Origin: a virus
Taxonomy: Duplodnaviria > Caudoviricetes
Length of the DNA stretch: 54,104 nt
IMG/VR virus record: IMGVR_UViG_3300025168_000116
Location: 1 to 54,104 of that record
Strand: one strand, 5' to 3'
Every line of letters begins with the position of its first letter. Position 1 is the first letter of the stretch. Positions 38,272 to 46,471 of the stretch are shown one piece after another. A program made the position numbers and the translations under genes. The notes under the pieces were generated by a model. That model had not been told where the DNA came from, did not search any database, and saw nothing but the letters and a program-made list of their open reading frames with translations.

Positions 38272-38834
38272 GACTTAAGAGCTTTAGATATTTCTTTCTT
38301 AATCATTGGAGTAACATTGTATTTTAGACTTAAATTATCTATAATTTTTCTAATGCCTAAGTCTTTATTTTGCACCACGTAAGTTAGCACCTTATCCCAA
38401 TTCTCATCACCTAATGTAAGGTGTATACCCTTTGTAATTGTTTTGTCGTGATTATTAGTAGCGTCTGAATCTTTAGTGTCATCAATTAGTAAGAGTCCGT
38501 TTAGTGCATACTTTCTTGAATAAGAAGATGAACTACCAAAACACTGAGCAATGTCCATACCTTTTCTGTTTGGATCAATACCTGCCTGTGCTTTTGACAC
38601 CACCTGGTCCTCAGGTTTTTTTGCATCATATATAGTTGCTGTTGATTCTACATAAACAAGGCCAGACAATTCTTTAATATCATCTGTTATGTTTAGTATT
38701 AAACCATGCTTGCTTAGTAGTGGTTTTACCGCCTCTAATATATCCTCACATGATCTATAGTTGTACTTACCAAAGTTATTTCTCTGGTTCTTTGGAGCCT
38801 TAAGCTCTGCTTGTAATTTTACTAGTTTTTCCAT
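38268..38834 (-). CDS. erf: ERF-family single-strand annealing protein
   Basis: LKAPKNQ.N.FGKYNYRSCEDIL...AQxxGSSSSYxRKYALxGL..IDD..DSD. Confidence 0.9.
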   Translation of the reverse strand: MEKLVKLQAELKAPKNQRNNFGKYNYRSCEDILEAVKPLLSKHGLILNITDDIKELSGLVYVESTATIYDAKKPEDQVVSKAQAGIDPNRKGMDIAQCFGSSSSYSRKYALNGLLLIDDTKDSDATNNHDKTITKGIHLTLGDENWDKVLTYVVQNKDLGIRKIIDNLSLKYNVTPMIKKEISKALKS

Positions 38835-39211
38835 TTGTTGAAGTTTTTGTTTAGTTTTTCAATTATTGTTTTTCTTCTCACTTTAGCTTGTCTTAGTTTA
38901 TTGGTTTTATTTGTGTTTAAATAATACTGTACATTAATATTAATCTTATGTAGTTCACTCTCATAATATCTAATAGTAAGTAAATCAGCACCCTTAACAA
39001 AACCGTTTTCTAAAAAGATATTCTTATCTACATCACTTACGCTTTGATAAAATACACTATCTGTTCTAGTGTTGAATATTAACACGTCTCCTGTATTCTT
39101 TTTCTCAATTTTATATCCATTATATATGGTGAATTTAGAATCGTTAGAGGTGTACATTTCAACACGCTTTTTACTAAAGAGTTCCTTCCAGATCTCGCTC
39201 ATGCTGTTCAT
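38822..39211 (-). CDS. Hypothetical protein
   Basis: 129-aa ORF overlapping the erf start. Confidence 0.65.
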   Translation of the reverse strand: MNSMSEIWKELFSKKRVEMYTSNDSKFTIYNGYKIEKKNTGDVLIFNTRTDSVFYQSVSDVDKNIFLENGFVKGADLLTIRYYESELHKININVQYYLNTNKTNKLRQAKVRRKTIIEKLNKNFNKWKN

Positions 39212-39322
39212 CTATTTGTTTTTTATTTTGAATGTAATCATTAAGCCACAGATCCGTAGCATATACCTCTTGGTATAGTTGTTTTGTTTGTCCCATTTCA
39301 TTTAATTTAATTGTGTGTAAAC

Positions 39323-39703
39323 TTACTGAATATATATATCTTCACCAACTCTTATGTTGAATTTTTCGATATCATATCCCTTCTTTTCCATAGCTTTAAT
39401 TACTTGATTAAAGTAGTAATTGTTAGTCCTTCCTCCGTTAGATATAGACCTACAAAAAAGTTTTCCATCATAATGTAGCTCCATGTCTGACTTAGTTCCA
39501 TCATGCCCCATGTGTTTTATTACTTCGTTCTCTATTTTTTTAAGATCACTAGTGTGTCCTTTTTTCTTAAGGATTAAATTTTGTATTTCATTTACAGCAT
39601 ACATCATTCCAGAACCAAAGTCTCTTATAGGCTCTCCTCCCTTTGTCATATACTTCTCAGCTCTATTATAGATTATTACTAATTCTTTTTCTATTTCTTC
39701 CAT
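39323..39703 (-). CDS. Hypothetical protein
   Basis: 126-aa ORF in the early arm. Confidence 0.65.
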   Translation of the reverse strand: MEEIEKELVIIYNRAEKYMTKGGEPIRDFGSGMMYAVNEIQNLILKKKGHTSDLKKIENEVIKHMGHDGTKSDMELHYDGKLFCRSISNGGRTNNYYFNQVIKAMEKKGYDIEKFNIRVGEDIYIQ

Positions 39704-39846
39704 AATTTTCTTATTTGTTTTCCTAACTCTGTATCGTTAGGGTATTTTTTAATTAACTCAGTTATAGTTGGTCTAGGCTGATCTGGGTTTGTATACCCAT
39801 AAGTTTTCTCTTGCCTAAGTTCGTTTAGTGTTCTCTTCTTTACCAT
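39691..39846 (-). CDS. Small hypothetical protein (51 aa, not in ORF track)
   Basis: MVKKRTLNELRQ...KKYPNDTELGKQIRKLWKK fills the gap and overlaps both neighbours. Confidence 0.6.
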   Translation of the reverse strand: MVKKRTLNELRQEKTYGYTNPDQPRPTITELIKKYPNDTELGKQIRKLWKK

Positions 39847-40250
39847 ATCTCTTTAAATAAATCAATCATACTTAGGGTTTTTGCTTCTTGCATATGTATT
39901 TTTTTTACTTTCTTTTCTTTTGTCTTTTTGTTTTTATTATAGTAAGATCTAAATGAGTCACTCTTAAGCTCATAAACTCTGCCATGTTTATTGCTTATTA
40001 CTTTTACATATTTACTCACATCATTAGTGAATATATTAACCTCTTCTTGATTAAGGTTTCTTTCATAAACATCACTATATCCTGTGTTCTTTCCTGGCCT
40101 GAACCCTTGCTTAGAGGTGACGTCCTTTTTGTTAGATATTATGTAGTATTCTCTTTTAAATCTACCTAGTTGTAGTTCACCTTTAGTAACTGAGACACAC
40201 ACAGCGTGTGTTATTCCCTTGTCTTGTAGTTGTTCAAATATATTTTTCAT
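39840..40250 (-). CDS. Hypothetical basic protein
   Basis: 136-aa ORF in the operon. Confidence 0.65.
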   Translation of the reverse strand: MKNIFEQLQDKGITHAVCVSVTKGELQLGRFKREYYIISNKKDVTSKQGFRPGKNTGYSDVYERNLNQEEVNIFTNDVSKYVKVISNKHGRVYELKSDSFRSYYNKNKKTKEKKVKKIHMQEAKTLSMIDLFKEIW

Positions 40251-40602
40251 CTTTCAATAGTTTTTCAATGGTTTGTTCTAATTCTGATCTTGTCATTATA
40301 GATAAGTAATTTTTATTTAAGTACCTATTAAATGAGTTACTAACTTTCTTATAGTTAATCATAATGTCTGCATTTTCGTTTTGACCAACTTCATTTTCAA
40401 ATCTTTTTAAGTAGTGTATCATACTTGCATGATCTCTATTTATAGATTCTCCAATTTTTGAAAGTGTCCATCCACAATTCCTTAATATCCTACAGTATAT
40501 TACTTTAGCGTCTATTAAGGGTTTAATTCTACTATCGCTATCAATGTCTAAACACAGCTCCTCTAGTATTATTTCTTTTAGTTTATTTGTATCTATTTTC
40601 AT
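40234..40602 (-). CDS. DnaA C-terminal (domain IV)-like HTH protein
   Basis: SR...LIDAK.IY....R..GWTLSKIG..INRDHASMIHY matches the DnaA domain IV pattern (SLxxIGxxFxRDHTTVxH). Confidence 0.75.
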   Translation of the reverse strand: MKIDTNKLKEIILEELCLDIDSDSRIKPLIDAKVIYCRILRNCGWTLSKIGESINRDHASMIHYLKRFENEVGQNENADIMINYKKVSNSFNRYLNKNYLSIMTRSELEQTIEKLLKDEKYI

Positions 40603-40638
40603 TTTATTTGTTTTATTAAAAGTTTGGGTTAGTCCAAA

Positions 40639-40941
40639 CTATTTCTCATAATCTTTAATGTTTATTTTATATTGATCATCTAAGTTCATCATGTCAATTA
40701 ACTGATGACAAGCCTTTGTACTTTTTATGTAGTATTCCTTTTCAGACAACTCTGGTGAATTTACTTTGTGCATAACATCAACTCTACAAATGTCAGGTCT
40801 ATTTTCGTATATTGAGCATTGGTTTTGTTTATTTAAATAAGCACAGGCTCCATCCCCCCTGTCAGGTAGTAGCTTTGAATAACCTGCTACCATACAACAG
40901 GCTCCACATCCTGAACATAAGAACTCAGCTTTTTTATTCAT
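40639..40941 (-). CDS. YkgJ-family CxxCxxCC cysteine-cluster (Zn/Fe-S) protein
   Basis: CSGCGACC...DGACAYL...CSIYENRPDICR. Confidence 0.85.
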   Translation of the reverse strand: MNKKAEFLCSGCGACCMVAGYSKLLPDRGDGACAYLNKQNQCSIYENRPDICRVDVMHKVNSPELSEKEYYIKSTKACHQLIDMMNLDDQYKINIKDYEK

Positions 40942-41137
40942 AATCTTTTATTAGATCTCCAATTGTGGCAGATAACACTATATCATTTATTTTATTTAGT
41001 AACCACTCATAATCTTGATGATCTCTGGTTGCTAGTAGTCGAAATGATATTTCGTCTGTTGCTTGTTTTATTCTGTTGTTTTCCATAGTTCTATTATTTG
41101 TTTTTACTTCTATTTTCATAGTATTATTTTTGTACAT
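40934..41137 (-). CDS. Hypothetical protein (start uncertain)
   Basis: ORF overlapping the YkgJ start. Confidence 0.5.
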   Translation of the reverse strand: MYKNNTMKIEVKTNNRTMENNRIKQATDEISFRLLATRDHQDYEWLLNKINDIVLSATIGDLIKDYE

Positions 41138-41290
41138 TTTTAAGCACCTCTTCTCTAAACTTTTTCTTGCTTATAAAGAGATCCATCATTGCTACTATTG
41201 TATTGGAATAGTTAATGTCTAACTCTTGGTTAACATCCTTGAAGTCATACATTACTTCTTCATTCTCTGGTTTTATATAAAATGTTCGTG

Positions 41291-41476
41291 TCATATTTTT
41301 TCGTTTTTATTTAAGTCATATTTATAATCAACAATAAATGATTCATCAAAAGTTCTCATTCCTGATATTTCAACTGTTACTGTCTCTTTATTTATTTGTA
41401 TTAATTCTTTTACTATTTCACCTGATAGCAAACTGTCTATTTGATTGTCTGATAATTCTATGTATTCTCTTTTCAT
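41291..41476 (-). CDS. Hypothetical protein
   Basis: 61-aa ORF with an A-rich start. Confidence 0.55.
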   Translation of the reverse strand: MKREYIELSDNQIDSLLSGEIVKELIQINKETVTVEISGMRTFDESFIVDYKYDLNKNEKI

Positions 41477-41682
41477 TTTTTTTCTACGTATTTATAATGG
41501 TTATATATTATGTAACATCCTTGAGAACAAAAGTCTTTATTATAATCTGACTCTGCATCTCCACAGTCTACACCTAGTTTTGATCCACATCTTTTGCAAT
41601 TTTCCATTCTTTATTTATTAATTTTAATATACTTATGTATGCTTTTATTTCTCTTTTCTTTAGTATCTCATACCATTTGCAC

Positions 41683-41850
41683 CTACTCAGCAGTCGGTAA
41701 GCTAATTGAACTTCTGTGATCCAATGATTCTTCATTCCTGTGTATTTTAAGTATTACTTTTCTTTTGTTTTTAAAGTCGGTTAACTTCTCTTGGTGATAG
41801 TCAATCCACTCTTGATTCTCTGTTAGCATTTTATTTATTACTTCTTTCAT
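41683..41850 (-). CDS. Small early protein (55 aa, not in ORF track); candidate sRNA target
   Basis: MKEVINKMLTENQEWIDYH... The start context AAACAAACAACTATGAAAG overlaps the upstream stop (ATGA). Confidence 0.55.
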   Translation of the reverse strand: MKEVINKMLTENQEWIDYHQEKLTDFKNKRKVILKIHRNEESLDHRSSISLPTAE

Positions 41851-41984
41851 AGTTGTTTGTTTTTAATTATTGAAATGGCTCTTAATAACCCATGACCTTC
41901 TGCTTTTTCTCTGGAATTACCAAAGTCTAAAAGCTCTTGGGCGCACTCTTCAATGTGTTTTATTTTTTTATTTAAGTCTTTCAT
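41847..41984 (-). CDS. Small early protein (45 aa, not in ORF track); candidate sRNA target
   Basis: MKDLNKKIKHIEECAQELLDFGNSREKAEGHGLLRAISIIKNKQL. It is the first gene after the promoter at 42004-42035. Confidence 0.6.
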   Translation of the reverse strand: MKDLNKKIKHIEECAQELLDFGNSREKAEGHGLLRAISIIKNKQL

Positions 41985-42003
41985 AGTTGTTTGTTTTAGT
42001 TTA

Positions 42004-42035
42004 CTAATATATGTATTTATGTTTATAATTACAAA
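42004..42035 (-). promoter_or_regulatory. Early promoter, -33/-7 type
   Basis: Minus strand TTTG-N20-TATATTAG. Confidence 0.6.
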
Positions 42036-42047
42036 TTATATTATTGT

Positions 42048-42695
42048 TTATATTGATTCTAGATAAGTTTTTATTTTTAGTAAGTCTGATCCGCTTAAGT
42101 CAAACCATTCCCCTCTGACCCTATTCTTTTTAAACATATTGTGAAGTTTCTTTTCGTCACTGTGTTTACCCTCTTTGTTAAATATCATTTCTATCGTTGG
42201 CTTCTCTGATTGAAGAGTTTTTTCTCTTAAACTAGGGTTGATAGACCTTCCTATCTTATAGTATCCTGTGTTTTTATCTATCATTACATATACTTTAGTT
42301 GTCTTGCCTTTAAATTCAAAAGATTTTAAATTCTTTATATATAATCTCACGTCTTTTTGTACCTCCTTAAAGTTATTGTTTAAAACATCTCCCTTTACTG
42401 TTGGGCTTTCTTTACCGTAGTAAGTGTCAAAATCTTGTTGAGGATGAAACTTCGTTAAGGTTGGTTTAAAAAAATATTTCTCCTCTTTTTCTATATACAT
42501 CCAGTATGACCAATATTTAAATGAGTTTTCTATATCTATTATCTCATATATCTTACCCTTAGTAGGGTAAAACTTTTTTATTTCTTTTGCGTTTTCTCTG
42601 CACCAATCTATTCTAAGTTGTTTTAAGTTGTTAGTTTGTTTTATTAATTCTTGAAATTTATCATTAAATTCTTTTAGTTTTTTTAAATATTCCAT
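42048..42695 (-). CDS. GIY-YIG (T5orf172/MUG113-like) domain protein
   Basis: C-terminal VYVM...YKIGRS..P..R...LQ...EKxLH..F...RVRGEWFDL. Confidence 0.85.
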   Translation of the reverse strand: MEYLKKLKEFNDKFQELIKQTNNLKQLRIDWCRENAKEIKKFYPTKGKIYEIIDIENSFKYWSYWMYIEKEEKYFFKPTLTKFHPQQDFDTYYGKESPTVKGDVLNNNFKEVQKDVRLYIKNLKSFEFKGKTTKVYVMIDKNTGYYKIGRSINPSLREKTLQSEKPTIEMIFNKEGKHSDEKKLHNMFKKNRVRGEWFDLSGSDLLKIKTYLESI

Positions 42696-43192
42696 ATTGT
42701 ATCTCCTTTCATTAAGTTTTCTTTAGCCCATAGAGGTTGTAGGTTGGTATAATGAAATAGTTTTTTAACATCTTCCTCTGTATTTGCCGAGGCTAATGGT
42801 ATTATGTGATCTATATGCCACTCACTATAGTTATCCCAACTCATTCCATCCCTAAATTGTTTTGTTAAATGATTCCTAACTTCATTATAAGAACATCCAA
42901 GTAGCTCACTATTCCCTTTTACATTAAAGTTTTTAATTGATCTTCTTGTCATCTTTCTTAAGTTTAATTTCATTCTATAAACTGGATCAGCATCCCTTTT
43001 TAGTTTCTCTCTTTGGTTTATGTCCTTTCTATGTGCTTTTGAATACTCAGAGTTATAAGCAGAAATTTTTTCTTTGTTATTTTCTCTCCATAATCTTTTA
43101 ACTTCTTTCTTATGGTCTAACTTTTTAAATTTGTTTTTTTCGTAGTGTTTTTTTAAATACTCTCTTTGCTTTTCTTTGTCTTTATATCCCAT
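42683..43192 (-). CDS. HNH endonuclease
   Basis: WHIDHIIPL...HYTNLQPLWAKENLxKG, preceded by a basic helical N-terminus. Confidence 0.85.
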   Translation of the reverse strand: MGYKDKEKQREYLKKHYEKNKFKKLDHKKEVKRLWRENNKEKISAYNSEYSKAHRKDINQREKLKRDADPVYRMKLNLRKMTRRSIKNFNVKGNSELLGCSYNEVRNHLTKQFRDGMSWDNYSEWHIDHIIPLASANTEEDVKKLFHYTNLQPLWAKENLMKGDTIWNI

Positions 43193-43417
43193 CTTTAGTT
43201 ATATGTACTTCATCAAAATGATAATTCTTTTTTTTACAGATATAATTAATGAAGTTGTTTAAATGATTATCGTTGTTAAATTGTTTTGTTACTTGCCATC
43301 TTGTGGCCTCATTTGTCATGAAAATTATTGTAGCTGTCATCTCTCTTTATATATAAAATTATTATTGTTGCTATCATTACGCCTAGTGTAAATCCTAATA
43401 AAAAACCATCTATTGTA

Positions 43418-43771
43418 TTAAAATCTTCCATCATTTTCTATTTTTAGCAAATTATCTTCTAATTCTCCCAGATATTCAATATAATATTCTGCATAATCAA
43501 AATTTATTATTTCATTCTGTTGATCCTCAATCATCCAAGCTCTCATGTCTTGGACTGTATAAATTGATTCTTTTAACAAATGTTTATTGTTACTTTCAAC
43601 ATGAGTGCAAGAAGTAAAAGTTAGTATTAAAATTAACCCCTTTATTTTTTTTATTATTTCTATTATTTTTTTAAAGTCTTTCATGTTGTAGGGTTTTAAG
43701 CCGTGGTTTTTTGATATTCTTTTTATTAAAGGCATCATTTCTATTAGTGTTTTTTTTCCTATTGTTTTCAT
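43418..43771 (-). CDS. Hypothetical protein with internal lipobox-like segment
   Basis: 117 aa with KKIKGLILILTFTSC at residues ~41-55. Confidence 0.55.
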   Translation of the reverse strand: MKTIGKKTLIEMMPLIKRISKNHGLKPYNMKDFKKIIEIIKKIKGLILILTFTSCTHVESNNKHLLKESIYTVQDMRAWMIEDQQNEIINFDYAEYYIEYLGELEDNLLKIENDGRF

Positions 43772-43860
43772 AATTGTTTAGTTTATTACCGCACTGAGTA
43801 AACAGAGCATATACATTATAAATATTATTGGTACTGTGATCGCTATATATTTGTCTTTTG

Positions 43861-44688
43861 TCATATTAATTGTGTTTTAATGTTGTTTATTTCTTTCATT
43901 GTTATATTGTGGCATCCTACCTTTAAAACTCCGTTTAGTGCCTTTACAATATATTTGTTATCTACCTTTTCACCTACTATCTTTTTTAAATCTATTAGCT
44001 TAAGTAGTCTTTTGCCCTCTTCAACTGGTATTTTAACGCCCTGAGAAGTCTCTATTATATTGTTTGCTTTGTCTACTCTTAAGAAGTCTTTATTAGTTTC
44101 ATTACTAAACCAATTAATTTCAAATGACCTCCATTTTTTTAACTTCTTTTGAACTTCTTTCTGCTTCTTTTCTTTATCTTTCTTTTGTTCTTCCTGGATT
44201 ACTTGCAATAAATTTTCAGTACTTACATAAAAATCATTATATAATTTTAATATTTCTCTATGTTCTTTACTTTTCTTTGCCTTAGTTCTAGTTTTGGTAA
44301 AGTCTATATACTCAAAGTAACTTTTAAATAAACGATCTATTGTTGATTTGTAATAGTCTGCTTTTAATCTAGTTCTAGTTAGTTTATTTAATAAGTCTTT
44401 TAATTCGCTTAGAACTAAATCTCTTTTGGTTTCTGTTATAAAAAATTGTTGTTTGTCTCTTGTTGCACTTCTTAATAATGAAATATGTTTTGATGTGGTG
44501 TTAGAATATCCTCTATCATTTATCATTATTGTGTTATCGTCTATAAATTCACCTAGTAAATAGTGTGAACCGTAAGAGTAAATCTTTTTATATTCAAAGT
44601 ACATTGAACCGTTGGAAGTTCTTCCAAAACTTTGCTCTTGCAAGTTAAATTCATGCACTATTTTGCTGTTTGTAAATACTGTTTTCAT
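43861..44688 (-). CDS. Hypothetical early protein
   Basis: 275-aa ORF after the promoter at 44713-44744. Confidence 0.75.
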   Translation of the reverse strand: MKTVFTNSKIVHEFNLQEQSFGRTSNGSMYFEYKKIYSYGSHYLLGEFIDDNTIMINDRGYSNTTSKHISLLRSATRDKQQFFITETKRDLVLSELKDLLNKLTRTRLKADYYKSTIDRLFKSYFEYIDFTKTRTKAKKSKEHREILKLYNDFYVSTENLLQVIQEEQKKDKEKKQKEVQKKLKKWRSFEINWFSNETNKDFLRVDKANNIIETSQGVKIPVEEGKRLLKLIDLKKIVGEKVDNKYIVKALNGVLKVGCHNITMKEINNIKTQLI

Positions 44689-44712
44689 AATGTTTAGTTT
44701 TTAATTGTTATG

Positions 44713-44744
44713 CTAATGTAAGTATAATTATATTTATATCCTAA
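44713..44744 (-). promoter_or_regulatory. Early promoter, -33/-7 type
   Basis: Minus strand TTAG-N20-TACATTAG. Confidence 0.55.
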
Positions 44745-44755
44745 TTTATTTTGTT

Positions 44756-44917
44756 TTAATTTCTGTTGTGACATGGGTATCCCTTATGGAATTTTGGATG
44801 ATATTGTGAAAAGTCATCACTCTTCATGATCGAACAAGAACTCATAAGTAATATAGTTAATGTTAATATTATTGTTATTTGTAATATCAGTGTATTTATT
44901 TGAATTTTATTAGTCAT
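44756..44917 (-). CDS. Small putative lipoprotein (53 aa, not in ORF track)
   Basis: MTNKIQINTLILQITIILTLTILLMSSC-SIMKSDDFSQYHPKFHKGYPCHNRN: hydrophobic signal plus lipobox Cys. Confidence 0.55.
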   Translation of the reverse strand: MTNKIQINTLILQITIILTLTILLMSSCSIMKSDDFSQYHPKFHKGYPCHNRN

Positions 44918-44929
44918 TTTATTTTGTTT

Positions 44930-45115
44930 TTAATTAATATAATAAGTTTCTGTGTAGTCTTTATATTTTTTTCCTCTTAAATAATCGTTTATTGCTTTTT
45001 TAATTTTATTAATATTATTTCCGTAAAATGTAGGATTGGCATAAGTTGATGCTGTATATTCATTTTTAATTAATCTTATTCCATACCCTTTATATGTTTG
45101 ATATTCTTTTTTCAT
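44930..45115 (-). CDS. Hypothetical early protein
   Basis: 61-aa ORF with an A-rich start. Confidence 0.55.
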   Translation of the reverse strand: MKKEYQTYKGYGIRLIKNEYTASTYANPTFYGNNINKIKKAINDYLRGKKYKDYTETYYIN

Positions 45116-45291
45116 TTTATTTTATTTTTAATTAATAGCTCAGTTTTAAATTTGGTTTCTAGTTTCATTAATTGGATCAAGTCAAAATTGTTTAGTCTTT
45201 TACTTGTGTAATGTTTTTTAGTTACTTCTTTATTGTATATCTTATTAGCTAAATGTTGGATATTTTCAATTATGTTTGTTTTCATTTTATT

Positions 45292-45597
45292 TTAGTTTAA
45301 TTCTAATTCATTGCATATTTCAAGGCCTAACCAATAAACTAGATGATTTACTAATTTTTCTGCATTGTCAAAAGTTGTTTGAATTTCTCCGAAGTTTTCA
45401 AGCTCTGAATCGTTGCATATTTTAATTGCGTCGAATGTGTCTAAATCATGTTTTTTTAACCATTGTTCCGCCTGGTAATATCCAATAATATAATAACCCT
45501 CATTAAATGCGTGAAAATGTATTTCTTCTTGTGAACCTAAGTGTTCAATAGTTTCGTTTAAATGCTCTCTTAATTCTGTTTTAATTGATTCTTTCAT
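45292..45597 (-). CDS. Hypothetical acidic early protein (first gene of the early arm)
   Basis: 101 aa, Glu/Asp-rich, follows the promoter at 45630-45662. Confidence 0.7.
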   Translation of the reverse strand: MKESIKTELREHLNETIEHLGSQEEIHFHAFNEGYYIIGYYQAEQWLKKHDLDTFDAIKICNDSELENFGEIQTTFDNAEKLVNHLVYWLGLEICNELELN

Positions 45598-45629
45598 AAT
45601 TGTTAAATTAGTTAATTAATTTGTTGGTT

Positions 45630-45662
45630 CAAATATAAGTATAAATATAAATATAAAACAAG
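45630..45662 (-). promoter_or_regulatory. First early promoter, -33/-7 type
   Basis: Minus strand CTTG-N21-TATATTTG. Confidence 0.65.
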
Positions 45663-45781
45663 TGTTTAGGCATGTTTCTTTGAAATTTGCAACAATATTC
45701 TAATGTTTTTTTATATGCGAAATATTATTTGGTTAGTGGTTTAATCCTTAGAATTTTATTTGGATATTTAATACTTTCTTG

Positions 45782-45794
45782 TAACTTGTTGATT
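45782..45794 (-). promoter_or_regulatory. IHF-consensus site
   Basis: Minus strand AATCAACAAGTTA matches WATCAANNNNTTR. It shares 14 identical nt with 47324-47337. Confidence 0.5.
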
Positions 45795-45929
45795 AACAGA
45801 GCTTTACACTTTAGTTAGTTGTTTTGTTCTTCGGTTTGTCTATTGGTGGAAAAATTGGTTGGGTGTTTATCCACCCTTTAAAGGTGTGTTAATATATATT
45901 TATATAACAATTTACAGCTTGTTAATGTG

Positions 45930-46145
45930 GATTAATTGCAAAGGTTACAAGGTAACAAGGGCAACAGGTACGGGATGCGGGCAACTAGCAAACCAGAACA
46001 GCAGGGCAGCAGGGGAGCCGCTAGAAAACCGCAAAAGTATTGCAGGAGAACCCCTGAAAAGACACCCCCCTAGGGAAATTAGAACAACTTTCCTTTGAGG
46101 TGGTGACGACGTACAGCCATATATAACCCCCAACCTACGGATGTG
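45930..46145. other. GC-elevated non-coding segment between divergent arms; candidate genome end/packaging site
   Basis: Abrupt composition change, short AAGG(T/G)(T/A/C)AC repeats and C-runs. It lies between the divergent early and late promoters. Confidence 0.45.
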
Positions 46146-46172
46146 TAATAATAATATTCCAAACCAATTTAC

Positions 46173-46180
46173 TATCTTTG
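46173..46180 (+). promoter_or_regulatory. -7 promoter element TATCTTTG starting the + strand arm
   Basis: TAnnTTTG. The context TATCTTTGTATTATG is identical to 12917-12931. Confidence 0.7.
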
Positions 46181-46184
46181 TATT

Positions 46185-46284
46185 ATGCTTCTGCTAATCA
46201 TATAGGTGGGGTAGGTTTAAGCCTCGCCAGGAGAGACAAGCAGTTTTGGTTAGAGCCCAATACTGGTAAGAGGCTAAACTTTTT
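46185..46284 (+). promoter_or_regulatory. Structured leader / possible sRNA or attenuator
   Basis: GTTT(A)AGCCTC-GCCAG pairs with CTGGT-(AA)-GAGGCTAAAC, followed by T5. Confidence 0.4.
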
Positions 46285-46306
46285 AAATAACATAAAACAA
46301 AATAAG

Positions 46307-46471
46307 ATGGACGGTTTAACAATAAAAAATGGTAGGTTGATTAATAACAGACCAGACAGTGAAATGGGAATCACTAAAATATGTAGAATGAAAAAGGCTG
46401 AGAAGAGAGCTGAAAAGATCTCAATGATAGTAGAGGCCAATAGAATCTCTAACATGCTAGACAATGGGTAA
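46307..46471 (+). CDS. Small hypothetical protein (54 aa; ATG 46307)
   Basis: MDGLTIKNGRLINNRP... with an A-rich start. The ORF-track TTG start at 46178 lies inside the promoter. Confidence 0.65.
   Translation: MDGLTIKNGRLINNRPDSEMGITKICRMKKAEKRAEKISMIVEANRISNMLDNG

Noticed and set aside
42048-43192. HNH and GIY-YIG genes as intron-encoded endonucleases
   Set aside because: They are free-standing, overlap each other in the early operon and interrupt no recognisable gene.
45859-46133. Overlapping 79-aa and 62-aa ORFs
   Set aside because: Composition is atypical and there is no start context; these are by-products of a GC-elevated non-coding tract.
46185-46284. tRNA or self-cleaving ribozyme
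   Set aside because: No cloverleaf or T-loop, and no hammerhead core (CTGATGA...GAAA).
46178-46306. N-terminal extension of the 46178-46471 ORF
   Set aside because: The TTG start is part of the promoter box, and ATG 46307 has the typical A-rich context.
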